Origin: a virus
Strand: one strand, 5' to 3'
Virus record (IMG/VR): IMGVR_UViG_3300017917_002838
Span: 32,001-96,000 of that record
Length of the DNA stretch: 64,000 nt
Position 1 is the first letter of the stretch. The number at the start of each line of letters is the position of its first letter. The notes beneath the pieces were generated by a model. That model had not been told where the DNA came from, did no database searches, and saw nothing but the letters and a program-made list of their open reading frames with translations. Of this stretch, positions 1 to 8,501 are shown piece after piece. Both the position numbers and the translations under genes were made by a program.

Positions 1-848
1 CCACCTCCGGTGTTTGCAGTTCCAGAACCTGCAGCATTTGTATTATATGGAGACGTAGTAACTGTTTCCCAATTTGCTCCATTTCCTCCTCCGCCAATTC
101 CACCGTAAGAAACTGGCCCATTTCCATTTGTACATCCGCCACCGCCTCCACCACGAACTACATAAGTTCCAGAAATATCAGAACCTTTACCCGGACCTCC
201 TTGAGAAACTAATACTGATGTTGAAGCAGAAGTTCTGCGCCCAGATCCATCAACTCCTGAACCACCAGCGCCACCTCCACCGCCGCAATTGGTGTCTCCT
301 CCATAACCCCACGAACTTTGATTAAAAGAATATCCACCCCTGTTACCTTCGCCAGATGTTCCATTTGCGGGAGTAGTACCGCTTGCGCCATTGCCCATTC
401 CACCACCCGAGCCACCTACCTGAGCATTTTTACCTGTACTATAACCAGAACCACCACCAGAACAAGATATTGTTGTAAAACCAGTTCCAATTACTGAAGA
501 ATCAGAACCATTTGTTGGTTGACGATTTGTACCAGCCCCTAAATATTGTCTTCCTTCTAAACCACCACCACCAACTGTTACTGTTAGCGTAGAACCTGGA
601 ATACAAGTTTGATTTTTAAGCTCTCTATATCCACCAGCTCCTCCGCCTCCGCCTTCAGCAATACCTCCACCTCCACCGCCAGCAACAACTAAAACATCAA
701 TTAAATTTACTCCAGATGGTACGGTAAAAGTTCCACTTGAATTAAATGTTTGATAATTTGCTGTTGTTGGTATGTTTACAGAAGTTGCTGGTACCGTAGA
801 CGGCATCCTGTCTGAACGACTTGAATTTGGTATTGAATAACTAGGCAT
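1..848 (-). CDS. Glycine-rich tail fibre/virion protein (partial, runs off the left edge)
   Basis: Read by hand: ATG at 848 after GGAG; MPSYSIPNS...FNSSGTFTVPSGVNLIDVLVVAGGGGGG... stays open to base 1. This is a typical phage Gly-rich domain and is absent from the ORF track. Confidence 0.75.
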   Translation of the reverse strand, partial: MPSYSIPNSSRSDRMPSTVPATSVNIPTTANYQTFNSSGTFTVPSGVNLIDVLVVAGGGGGGIAEGGGGGAGGYRELKNQTCIPGSTLTVTVGGGGLEGRQYLGAGTNRQPTNGSDSSVIGTGFTTISCSGGGSGYSTGKNAQVGGSGGGMGNGASGTTPANGTSGEGNRGGYSFNQSSWGYGGDTNCGGGGGAGGSGVDGSGRRTSASTSVLVSQGGPGKGSDISGTYVVRGGGGGGCTNGNGPVSYGGIGGGGNGANWETVTTSPYNTNAAGSGTANTGG

Positions 849-872
849 CTATTAATTAATCTCCAGTTAAAT

Positions 873-1031
873 TTATTTTTTGTTTAAAAGATCTGAAACT
901 GTACCAGAAGTTGGAACCTTCTTGGGCTTACCACCTTGATAGGCTGATGGTTTAATTACTTCGTTTGAAGTAACTGCACCAGACGGAGTGTTTACCGGTG
1001 GTGTTCCCATTCCAGTTCCATTTTCTGACAT
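873..1031 (-). CDS. Small peptide (52 aa), fourth member of peptide array
   Basis: Hand translation MSENGTGMGTPPVNTPSGAVTSNEVIKPSAYQGGKPKKVPTSGTVSDLLNKK; abuts the upstream stop. Confidence 0.65.
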   Translation of the reverse strand: MSENGTGMGTPPVNTPSGAVTSNEVIKPSAYQGGKPKKVPTSGTVSDLLNKK

Positions 1032-1190
1032 TTACTTCTTATCTCCAACTGCACCAAGAACGTTAATTGAATCTGTACCAGTCATATTAAATGTTGATGG
1101 TTGTCCTTGATTATTTACATCAGAAACTTTTGGATTTGGTACATTTACTCCCATAAAAGCTTCGCTATTGCATCCACACATTGCACACAT
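1032..1190 (-). CDS. Small peptide (52 aa) with N-terminal CxxCxC
   Basis: MCAMCGCNSEAF...SDVNNQGQ...; the ATG at 1190 directly follows the upstream stop. Confidence 0.7.
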   Translation of the reverse strand: MCAMCGCNSEAFMGVNVPNPKVSDVNNQGQPSTFNMTGTDSINVLGAVGDKK

Positions 1191-1191
1191 A

Positions 1192-1344
1192 TTATTTACC
1201 TGCCCCGAAATTTCTTGTTTCTTCAATTGTATGAACCATTTTATCTGTAACCCCAGCTTGTCCTTGAGATGAAACATCTTTAGATGGAAAAGCTGTTGAA
1301 GGTGCTTCCGTATAGTTTACAGCTGGAACATTATTTGTTGTCAT
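1192..1344 (-). CDS. Small peptide (50 aa), paralogue of 1344..1556
   Basis: Hand translation MTTNNVPAVNYTEAPSTAFPSKDVSSQGQAGVTDKMVHTIEETRNFGAGK; TAATG coupling to the upstream gene. Confidence 0.75.
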   Translation of the reverse strand: MTTNNVPAVNYTEAPSTAFPSKDVSSQGQAGVTDKMVHTIEETRNFGAGK

Positions 1345-1556
1345 TACATATTTTCTGATTCTGGGTACATATTAGTTTCTCTGCGATTGCCCATATCATA
1401 TGAACCTTCTGCATTAAATCCTGCATTACCTTGTGTTGACATATCTTTTGCTGGAAATGCCGATGCTGGATTTGCAGCATATTGTACGCCATTCCATACA
1501 GGTGTTGGGTTAATTTTTGGACCTGAGAATCCGTCCATGTTAATTCCGTCTGCCAT
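1344..1556 (-). CDS. Small peptide (70 aa), first member of peptide array
   Basis: AGGAG RBS and an upstream TGcTATAAT; contains AFPAKDMSTQGNAG. Confidence 0.8.
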   Translation of the reverse strand: MADGINMDGFSGPKINPTPVWNGVQYAANPASAFPAKDMSTQGNAGFNAEGSYDMGNRRETNMYPESENM

Positions 1557-1607
1557 TTTATCTCCTAAATATATAGTATCGGCATATAGCCTATACCAAT
1601 TATAGCA

Positions 1608-1700
1608 CTATTCTTGGTCTAGATCGAAATGATCTTCTGGGCCAGCCATTTCTATATCAAATAAATCATCAGGCATTACCTGATTCATTTTGGCTACCAT
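1608..1700 (-). CDS. Tiny acidic hypothetical protein (30 aa)
   Basis: Hand translation MVAKMNQVMPDDLFDIEMAGPEDHFDLDQE fills the gap. Confidence 0.4.
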   Translation of the reverse strand: MVAKMNQVMPDDLFDIEMAGPEDHFDLDQE

Positions 1701-1713
1701 AGATATTATTTTT

Positions 1714-1896
1714 TCAAATACTGTCATTTTCAATTAACCTATATTCCCGAGAAAGACAAATATAGTTATTTTTAATTTCATCAGATATTTCTCTAGAAAG
1801 ACCAGAAAAGTTAATTTCAACTCCATTCGGAGTTGTTTTGTACAGTCTTCCAGTCTGAATCAGATTCTTTAGTTTTGCCTCTATCAATTCTTCCAT
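1714..1896 (-). CDS. Hypothetical protein
   Basis: ORF track; start moved to MEELIE. Confidence 0.55.
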   Translation of the reverse strand: MEELIEAKLKNLIQTGRLYKTTPNGVEINFSGLSREISDEIKNNYICLSREYRLIENDSI

Positions 1897-2215
1897 AATC
1901 ATCCAAATATCTAGTAATGTCGGATTCGTCATAGTCCCCGACTTGTACTTCTATGATTTTGATAGGCCTATCTTTTGAGCTTAATCTGTGGATCTGATTT
2001 TTTTTAATCTTAACCACGTCCCCGACTGACAGGTTTCTATTCTCAACACCTATTATACAGCTTCCCTCTCCAAACACAACAGACCATATTTCTTCTCTAT
2101 TTTTATGTGACTGTAGACTTAGTTGATGATAAGGTTTTATATAAAGTTCTTTTACCTGATATCCATCTCCAGATTGAAGTATTTTAAAATACCCCCAAGG
2201 TCTTTCCTCTATCAA
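1817..2215 (-). CDS. Cupin, mannose-6-phosphate isomerase type II C-terminal-like
   Basis: RPWG, LSLQSHxxRxExW, HRL and IIEVQxG...EsDIxRxxDDYGR motifs. Confidence 0.85.
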   Translation of the reverse strand: MIEERPWGYFKILQSGDGYQVKELYIKPYHQLSLQSHKNREEIWSVVFGEGSCIIGVENRNLSVGDVVKIKKNQIHRLSSKDRPIKIIEVQVGDYDESDITRYLDDYGRIDRGKTKESDSDWKTVQNNSEWS

Positions 2216-2403
2216 TCTTCCTCCTCAAATAATAGATCATCTGGAGTTGGTATTGTAAGAAGAGTACCGCAATGCAAGCAAGATCCATCTAAAAGGTATG
2301 TATCCAGTTCATATGTCTCTGGATCAAATGTAGCAACTATTACAAATAGGTTTGATCCACATGTTGGACATGCTGCACTGGGTATCCCCCTAGAATCTAC
2401 CAC
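2212..2403 (-). CDS. Small zinc-finger protein
   Basis: CPTCG...CLHCG. Confidence 0.7.
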   Translation of the reverse strand: MVDSRGIPSAACPTCGSNLFVIVATFDPETYELDTYLLDGSCLHCGTLLTIPTPDDLLFEEED

Positions 2404-2404
2404 A

Positions 2405-2710
2405 CTACATCCAGCTTTCTAGTTGTTTGACCAGCATGTGCTTAGGAACAGCGCCAGTAATCCTATTTGTTTCAACTCCATTTTTAATTATAATTGTAGT
2501 TGGTATTGTACTAACATTATATTTTTGCGATTGCAATGGATTTTTGTCTACATCAATTTTTGCAATTTTCCAAAAATATTGCTTGTCTACTTCTTCTACT
2601 ATTGGTGAATATCTATGACATGGTACACACCATTCTGCAGAAAAATATAAAACAATTTCTTTATTATCTTCAATATAAATATCTAAATTTTCATCAGTTC
2701 CAATAATCAT
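2405..2710 (-). CDS. trxA: Thioredoxin
   Basis: FSAEWCVPC active site, KIDVD, cis-Pro IPT and GA motifs. Confidence 0.88.
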   Translation of the reverse strand: MIIGTDENLDIYIEDNKEIVLYFSAEWCVPCHRYSPIVEEVDKQYFWKIAKIDVDKNPLQSQKYNVSTIPTTIIIKNGVETNRITGAVPKHMLVKQLESWM

Positions 2711-3177
2711 TTTGACTCCACATGTGTAGGCCAAAAATAGTTACAGGTTGAACAACAGGTATATCCTATATCTCGATAATCTGAAAACTGTTCAAAGAAT
2801 CGATACTCGTCTGGATCTTTTTCATATAACCTGCCACGATGACTATAGTGTACGGCTTCATTACCTAGCCACCAAGGAGTGTTTGATTCTACGCCCCAAA
2901 AATTGTCTAAATAGACAGATTCAAATGTCTTCTGCGTATTGTCTTTATATCCTCTAGCAATTACTTCTTTAATAATTTCTTCATTATAAGCAAGTAGCCA
3001 GTCTTCGTGGCCTTCCCACATTTTAACTGCGGGATGATTAGACCAGGCACCGCTCTCATATAATCCAGCTAAAGACTTTAGTATTTGTAGATTTTCTACA
3101 CGCTGTTTCATAAGTCTTTTACGGTCTAGATTTTGGGCACACTCTGTAAAATTTGCTGATGGTAAAAATGTTTGCAT
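2707..3177 (-). CDS. Pyrimidine-dimer DNA glycosylase / endonuclease V-like (MSMEG_6728-type)
   Basis: MQTFLP...LDxKRLxKQRVE...HPAVKMW.GH...PWWLG...HxSHR...KD signature. Confidence 0.8.
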   Translation of the reverse strand: MQTFLPSANFTECAQNLDRKRLMKQRVENLQILKSLAGLYESGAWSNHPAVKMWEGHEDWLLAYNEEIIKEVIARGYKDNTQKTFESVYLDNFWGVESNTPWWLGNEAVHYSHRGRLYEKDPDEYRFFEQFSDYRDIGYTCCSTCNYFWPTHVESK

Positions 3178-3184
3178 GTGCAAT

Positions 3185-3213
3185 ATCCTATCAAATTATG
3201 TCTGTTTGGTCAA
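3185..3213 (-). promoter_or_regulatory. Sigma-A-type promoter (leaderless)
   Basis: TTGACC-N17-TAGGAT, 7 nt from ATG 3177. Confidence 0.6.
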
Positions 3214-3217
3214 CAGA

Positions 3218-3403
3218 TTATTCTGTTTCCCACTCTCGGTAATACATTTCTAATTGATTTTGTATGTGATAAAACTTTTTTCTATTTTCCTCATATGCAG
3301 TCAGAATAGCTTGAGGAATATCTATCATTAGATCTTCAGACATAGATGAGTCTGGCTCCCAAACATCATATATGTCAACCTTTGATAAACCAACTTTAGG
3401 CAT
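3218..3403 (-). CDS. Hypothetical protein
   Basis: ORF track; coupled to its neighbour. Confidence 0.6.
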   Translation of the reverse strand: MPKVGLSKVDIYDVWEPDSSMSEDLMIDIPQAILTAYEENRKKFYHIQNQLEMYYREWETE

Positions 3404-3608
3404 TCTTTAGTTCCTCTGCTGCTGCATTAAACTTATTCATAAAGTTTTGAACAACAAATAGGGTTATATCAGAAGCATCCTGAGCTAATTGTTTTAGATC
3501 TTCTGGTTTCTGCATATCTTCTGGCATATCTTTTTTTAGATAATAAAAGAGATCATTAGTTACTTCGCCAACAATCTCCTCTAGAACTGTTACTTGTTTT
3601 TCTGACAT
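3396..3608 (-). CDS. Hypothetical protein
   Basis: ORF track; TAATG coupling. Confidence 0.7.
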   Translation of the reverse strand: MSEKQVTVLEEIVGEVTNDLFYYLKKDMPEDMQKPEDLKQLAQDASDITLFVVQNFMNKFNAAAEELKNA

Positions 3609-4540
3609 TATACTAATCCAATCAAGTTAATTTTAATTCCGGTAAAACCTTTAGAACTTTTAACAACAGTTGCATTTGTTTTAATTAAATCAAATATCTG
3701 TTGATAAGTTAATTCTGGTTTGGCTGACTTAATCTTGAGCCATTGACCAGCAGCATATTGTGCAGCAGCAGAAGTTCCGGCAACATTGCTAAAAACTCCA
3801 TTTGGACCAAATACTCTCATATCGCCTAACTCAAATAGATCTGTCTTTGCAGAATCATTATTGCTATATAGATTAATGGAGTCTTGTCTATTTACTGCTC
3901 CAACAGCAATAGCCTCATCAATACATGAAGGCCAATCAATTCTTTTATAGTCATACCCATTTCCCGCTGCCATAAATGTTGGCACACCCAAACTAATTAA
4001 TGATGTTAGTCTTTGCTTTGTGTTGGGCGTGTTAGGGCAATAATTAGGAATATTTGGTAAATTATGATGACCCTGACTCATTGTAACTGCAGCAATATTA
4101 TACTTTTCTTTATTTGCGATAACCCAATCCAGTGCTTGTGTTACAGTTTGTTCATTTGAGACTTGTCTAAATCCAGTAGAAGTATTACCAATAATTCTTA
4201 CAAAAACAATGTTTGCATCTGGATTAGCATTTAGTAATGCTGAAACCATTTTTGTTCCATGATCAAACCCATTTGCAGTTATTAGGTTTGCTGGCATGTT
4301 TGCAGAGCCAACTCCTTCTTGGAAATTCTTTCCATTTGGACAAGAATTCCATTCTAAAATACACACCTCGTAAACAACTTTTCCAGACAATAATGGAAGA
4401 CTAGAATTAATAGCTGTATCCAAAACTGCAATCGTATATCCTGCATTTAAATTATTTAGTTTATTATTAACCTTTGCATGTGCAATATTAGGCACAATAA
4501 GTAGCAGTGCTGTAATTACTGATAGTATTTTTTTATTCAT
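3608..4540 (-). CDS. Secreted subtilisin-like serine protease (S8)
   Basis: Signal peptide ending AHA; catalytic D (VLDTA), H (DHGT), oxyanion N (AAGN) and S (GTSAA). Confidence 0.9.
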   Translation of the reverse strand: MNKKILSVITALLLIVPNIAHAKVNNKLNNLNAGYTIAVLDTAINSSLPLLSGKVVYEVCILEWNSCPNGKNFQEGVGSANMPANLITANGFDHGTKMVSALLNANPDANIVFVRIIGNTSTGFRQVSNEQTVTQALDWVIANKEKYNIAAVTMSQGHHNLPNIPNYCPNTPNTKQRLTSLISLGVPTFMAAGNGYDYKRIDWPSCIDEAIAVGAVNRQDSINLYSNNDSAKTDLFELGDMRVFGPNGVFSNVAGTSAAAQYAAGQWLKIKSAKPELTYQQIFDLIKTNATVVKSSKGFTGIKINLIGLV

Positions 4541-4546
4541 GGGTAC

Positions 4547-4575
4547 ATCTTACTAAAAAGATGCTAGCCTGTCAA
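4547..4575 (-). promoter_or_regulatory. Sigma-A-type promoter (leaderless)
   Basis: TTGACA-N17-TAAGAT, 6 nt from ATG 4540. Confidence 0.7.
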
Positions 4576-4579
4576 TAGG

Positions 4580-5128
4580 CTACAGATCAATAATTGTAAA
4601 GGGTTTACAGACTGCCGTCGAGTATGTTGCAGCAGCTTCTAAGGCCAGCTGAACACGTTTTTTGGGTGCTACAGAGGAACTTGTATAAAGAGACCCCATA
4701 GCAAAATCCATGCCAGCGCCTTCAGCTAAATAAGGCAATTGGTGTTCTCCAACATGGTAATCTTCATCGACATAAAACAACCTGCCAGTACCCTTTACGG
4801 CTACTAAAAATACTCCGCCAGTTTCTTCTGTTCCTGGAGTTGATTCTCCATAGCCATGAAACTTAAATGTATCTTTTACGGAATCAACAAACTTAGTTCT
4901 CATAAATTTGTCAAGATCATTGCTTGGTGTCCATTTTGGTGGAATCCAGTTATATTGTAAAATTTGCCCCATTCTAAAACTATCAACAAAAGCTATGCCA
5001 TATTGACCATTAATAAAAACTTTAGGATCTTTTCTGGCAATAATATATCCACTTTTGTCGTCAACTGCAGAACCATCTGCACCGAGATAAACTTTGTTGT
5101 TATGAACTAATCCAACAACACAAGTCAT
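4580..5128 (-). CDS. HslV/proteasome-beta-like Ntn protease
   Basis: N-terminal M-T-C (Thr nucleophile), GAD, KVF and GAG-like motif. Confidence 0.8.
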   Translation of the reverse strand: MTCVVGLVHNNKVYLGADGSAVDDKSGYIIARKDPKVFINGQYGIAFVDSFRMGQILQYNWIPPKWTPSNDLDKFMRTKFVDSVKDTFKFHGYGESTPGTEETGGVFLVAVKGTGRLFYVDEDYHVGEHQLPYLAEGAGMDFAMGSLYTSSSVAPKKRVQLALEAAATYSTAVCKPFTIIDL

Positions 5129-5358
5129 GCTTTTTGCTTTCTCTTGTATGCTCCTATAAGTTGAGGTTGTCTTAGAATAAGTTCATTTAATTTTCCATCA
5201 ATGTCAAATGATCTCATCCAATTTCTTAGACATAAGTATAGAATAATTGGAACCAAGACATCTTGCCCGTTTTTCCATCTATACCATGTAAGCCAGATGG
5301 TAAAGCCATAAAGAGCAAGGCTTATAAATATCGAAATTAAGCCGAATAATTTATTCAA
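5125..5358 (-). CDS. Small membrane protein (2 TM)
   Basis: Two hydrophobic stretches. Confidence 0.65.
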   Translation of the reverse strand: MNKLFGLISIFISLALYGFTIWLTWYRWKNGQDVLVPIILYLCLRNWMRSFDIDGKLNELILRQPQLIGAYKRKQKA

Positions 5359-5371
5359 TTGAACCCCTATA

Positions 5372-5704
5372 CTATTCTACTATATCTTCTACAGCTTCGT
5401 GCTGTTCCTGCCATAATTGTTCTTCTAACCTTTTAATTACATATAAAGCCTGATCTAATTCATTCTTAATTAGTAAAAACTTTTCTCTGGTTTCATAATA
5501 TTTGTCCTTCCAGATATCTAATTCGTTTTCTACCCTAATTAAATCATCTCTTAATTCTTGCAAATCTGTTCTTAGTACCGAATTGCTTTCTAGTTTTTCT
5601 AATCTTTTTTCTTTCTTTTTTTGTATTCTTAGATCAACCAGCCTAGCGCCAGTTCCACTAAGAACTGCGCCTATAATTCCGGCTAAAATAACAGATATAT
5701 CCAT
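5372..5704 (-). CDS. Membrane-anchored coiled-coil protein
   Basis: N-terminal TM followed by a heptad-rich charged region. Confidence 0.7.
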   Translation of the reverse strand: MDISVILAGIIGAVLSGTGARLVDLRIQKKKEKRLEKLESNSVLRTDLQELRDDLIRVENELDIWKDKYYETREKFLLIKNELDQALYVIKRLEEQLWQEQHEAVEDIVE

Positions 5705-5730
5705 ATTAATCTAATTAAATTATATCATCT

Positions 5731-5967
5731 TTAGACTAATAATTCGTCTGCTAAAATCGCCTCGCCAACATATCTTTTCTTAATAATGTATTCTTTTACA
5801 TGATCTGGGCCATTTTGTCTTCCAGCTAAAATTACAATCCAGCGTGGTTCATATTTAGCTTCAATGCATGTCTCACACATTAAAAGGTTTATTGGCAATA
5901 AACTAGACTTTCTTGGGTTTAGTTTATTTTTTGTTTTATTGCAACTATAGCAAAGTATTTTTTCCAT
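5731..5967 (-). CDS. Zn-binding hypothetical protein
   Basis: CYSC...CETC...EPRW. Confidence 0.7.
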   Translation of the reverse strand: MEKILCYSCNKTKNKLNPRKSSLLPINLLMCETCIEAKYEPRWIVILAGRQNGPDHVKEYIIKKRYVGEAILADELLV

Positions 5968-6161
5968 TATTCTTCCTCAATATGATGTATAACAAAACTA
6001 TCTACAATTGTAAAATCACTATTCTCTACCATTACTTCGTACTCGATCCCGTCTTTTTCGTAATGAACCATAGATGCAAACGCTCCCAGGCTTTGTATTT
6101 CTCCATAGATTCTTTCATCATGCAAGAAAACTATAATAAATTCGTCATAGTACTCTTCCAC
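5967..6161 (-). CDS. Hypothetical protein
   Basis: ORF track; coupled. Confidence 0.65.
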   Translation of the reverse strand: MEEYYDEFIIVFLHDERIYGEIQSLGAFASMVHYEKDGIEYEVMVENSDFTIVDSFVIHHIEEE

Positions 6162-6450
6162 CAGGTCTGCCCTCCAATTCGCATCTTACACCATAAGATT
6201 CAATTATTTTTTTAACCATTTCAATGTAATCAATTATCTTCATTCTTTGAGAATCATTATACTGTTTAAAATTATCTTCATATAGTCTAATAGCGAGAAA
6301 TTCAGGAAACTTTACTATGTTCATTTCTAAGCCCCTTACGGGTTGCTTTATTTCTCTAATCTTTAATGCCATTTCTTTATTATAAAAAACTGGTTTATAT
6401 GGCTCTCCAGTCCAAGGATTTATATTATCTGCCGGATCTAATCTATCCAT
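6145..6450 (-). CDS. Hypothetical protein
   Basis: ORF track; coupled to whiB. Confidence 0.7.
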   Translation of the reverse strand: MDRLDPADNINPWTGEPYKPVFYNKEMALKIREIKQPVRGLEMNIVKFPEFLAIRLYEDNFKQYNDSQRMKIIDYIEMVKKIIESYGVRCELEGRPGGRVL

Positions 6451-6751
6451 GCTTTTTCCTTAACTGTTTCCATACTACTTCTGTTTTGTGGGTATTTCTA
6501 GCATTGTCTACTGATCCAGAGTTTAAATATACTCCGCCCCAAACTCCGTACTCGTCATTTTCTACTCCAGAGCTATAGCAATTTTTAATTACTGGACAAG
6601 ATAGGCAGCATTGATCTATATTTTTTGCAATATTTATATCAGCTTCATATTTGTCATAAAAAAGATTTGTTTCCATGCCATTACAAATAGCAAGATTCCA
6701 CCAATTAAAATCTTCTGGGTCAAGGCCTAGTTCTTGTAATATAGTCGACAT
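6443..6751 (-). CDS. whiB: WhiB-family Fe-S transcription factor
   Basis: W..AIC...F...CxxCPVxxxC...GVWGG. Confidence 0.92.
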   Translation of the reverse strand: MSTILQELGLDPEDFNWWNLAICNGMETNLFYDKYEADINIAKNIDQCCLSCPVIKNCYSSGVENDEYGVWGGVYLNSGSVDNARNTHKTEVVWKQLRKKHG

Positions 6752-6968
6752 ATTTTTGCGGTATCTCCCACAATCCTTGATCATTTACAGGAATGCTTTT
6801 TGCAATCCCCCAGTGATTATTTCTAAACATTCCATGAATATCAAAAAAGCCTAGAGGAGTTTTTCTCCATATTATTAGAGAATACCCGTCCCAAAATGCC
6901 TCTTGTTGATAAGTTTTAAAATTTTTTATAAACTTATCAACTTCATGTTCAGTTATATTTATAGACAT
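6720..6968 (-). CDS. Hypothetical protein
   Basis: ORF track; first gene after the promoter at 6996-7025. Confidence 0.7.
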   Translation of the reverse strand: MSINITEHEVDKFIKNFKTYQQEAFWDGYSLIIWRKTPLGFFDIHGMFRNNHWGIAKSIPVNDQGLWEIPQKYVDYITRTRP

Positions 6969-6995
6969 TTGCTTATAACAAAAGCCTAGATAAGT

Positions 6996-7025
6996 ATTAT
7001 ACTACTTTAACCTAGGCTTTGTCAA
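6996..7025 (-). promoter_or_regulatory. Consensus sigma-A promoter of the whiB operon
   Basis: TTGACA-N18-TATAAT; inverted repeat AAAGCCTAG (6981-6989) / CTAGGCTTT (7012-7020) straddles the -10. Confidence 0.75.
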
Positions 7026-7027
7026 CA

Positions 7028-8071
7028 CTATTTCCAGTTATCTGGAATCATGTCAGATGCGCCAAGAGCCTTTGCTCTGCGCTTAATATGCTCTTTAACC
7101 TTTGGATCTGCTCCGCCTCTACCCCAAGACCTAATTGCATTCATTAAATCTGTGCGATTAGCTATTGGATATGACCCATCTGGCATTGCTTTTCCTTCTT
7201 CTGCCAATTTCTTTCTTTGAGCAGTAGAATAATTTCTTTTTACTAAATCATATGGATCAAATTTTTCAGCAAATAACGACTTGTCTACCTTCTCTACTGG
7301 TACACAATTTGGAACCATTCGTCCACCCTTTTCTTTCATACCTCTTTGTGTATATCCAGTCCAGCATTTTTGTAAAGTATTATCCCATTTATCTTCTTCT
7401 TCATTTTCTGAATCATATCTTTCAGAATTATCAGATTTAGCAACTGGCCAATTTATGTCATTTTTTTCTGGATCTCCAATTGGAGCTGGATTTTCAGACT
7501 CAGTTTCTGTTTCCATTTCTGTTTCAGAATTATCAGACTCTTCTTCTGGCTCTTCAATTAAAGCTTCAATTGCTTCCATCAAATGCTCTACAACCATTCC
7601 TAGTTGTTCTTTTGTAACTTCAGCACGTAATGCTTTTGATATTTCTTCATCATCTTCAATTTCAACAACTGTATCAAATTGTCCAAATTCTTCTGCAATA
7701 GCGTCCTTTAATTCTTCTAATAAATCTTGAGTAGATAAGTCTTTTTTCATATTTTTTTCTCTATTTACTATTTTTCTACTCCAAGAAAATCCTGCATCTC
7801 CGCCCCATGCATCCCACATAATTCTACCATTTGAAGGATTTGACGTATTATAAAAATCTTTTCCTTTTTTATCTACTTCATGTCTTGAAAAAAAAGAATA
7901 CATTCTTTTAACTGTAGAAAGACTTAGTGTTTCTCCTCTAGCTAACTGACCTGCTCTAGTCCAACCAACTTGTGTTCCAGCTCCAGTTGCCTTTCCTTCT
8001 TCTTTCCATCTAAGAGCACGTTTAGCAGCTGCCTTCATGCCAGATGTTGGTTTGTATCCTTCTTTTGCCAT
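7028..8071 (-). CDS. Modular head-associated protein (basic N-domain, acidic linker, CWxGY..VPNCVP module, C-terminal AMPDGSYPI domain)
   Basis: Small domains I recognise from phage head-morphogenesis proteins; GGAG RBS. Confidence 0.65.
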   Translation of the reverse strand: MAKEGYKPTSGMKAAAKRALRWKEEGKATGAGTQVGWTRAGQLARGETLSLSTVKRMYSFFSRHEVDKKGKDFYNTSNPSNGRIMWDAWGGDAGFSWSRKIVNREKNMKKDLSTQDLLEELKDAIAEEFGQFDTVVEIEDDEEISKALRAEVTKEQLGMVVEHLMEAIEALIEEPEEESDNSETEMETETESENPAPIGDPEKNDINWPVAKSDNSERYDSENEEEDKWDNTLQKCWTGYTQRGMKEKGGRMVPNCVPVEKVDKSLFAEKFDPYDLVKRNYSTAQRKKLAEEGKAMPDGSYPIANRTDLMNAIRSWGRGGADPKVKEHIKRRAKALGASDMIPDNWK

Positions 8072-8078
8072 TTTGCTC

Positions 8079-8225
8079 CTATTTTATTTCTTTTATCTCT
8101 TGGACGAAAACTGAAATAACTTCATCGTCAATAAATATTATATCATTTAAATAATCCATGGCATCCTCTGCCGAGAATGCCTGGATCATAACTTCTGCAT
8201 CAACCTTTATTTTATAGGTTTTCAT
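8079..8225 (-). CDS. Small hypothetical protein (48 aa), leaderless
   Basis: Hand translation MKTYKIKVDAEVMIQAFSAEDAMDYLNDII...; TATAAT lies 6 nt upstream. Confidence 0.7.
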   Translation of the reverse strand: MKTYKIKVDAEVMIQAFSAEDAMDYLNDIIFIDDEVISVFVQEIKEIK

Positions 8226-8246
8226 ATAGCTATTATACTATTTTAA

Positions 8247-8501
8247 CTATTTCTTTGCGGATATGCCCTTTTTATCAACAGCATTAAATGCTTCATTAAT
8301 TTCTTCAACCGAGAGCTTGCCGTCGTCAAGAAAGGATCGGGCTAATTTTTCTACAACTGTAGCCACACCTAGCCCACCGGCTAGCATTACTGCCTTCATA
8401 GTATCAATTCCAACTACGGCTCCGGCTCCAATTACTGAAAGACCAGATGCCGCAAAAACTGCTACTATACGAGCAACTATATTTCCTAGACCACTCAACA
8501 T
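8247..8501 (-). CDS. Small membrane protein with DDGKLSxEE motif
   Basis: GGAGG RBS, TAATG coupling and two hydrophobic segments. Confidence 0.75.
   Translation of the reverse strand: MLSGLGNIVARIVAVFAASGLSVIGAGAVVGIDTMKAVMLAGGLGVATVVEKLARSFLDDGKLSVEEINEAFNAVDKKGISAKK

Noticed and set aside
209-415. 68-aa minus-strand ORF, and similar nested ORFs (9534, 25441, 28592, 29054, 34818, 43675, 44569, 56390, 57909)
   Set aside because: These are alternative frames inside or overlapping longer real genes.
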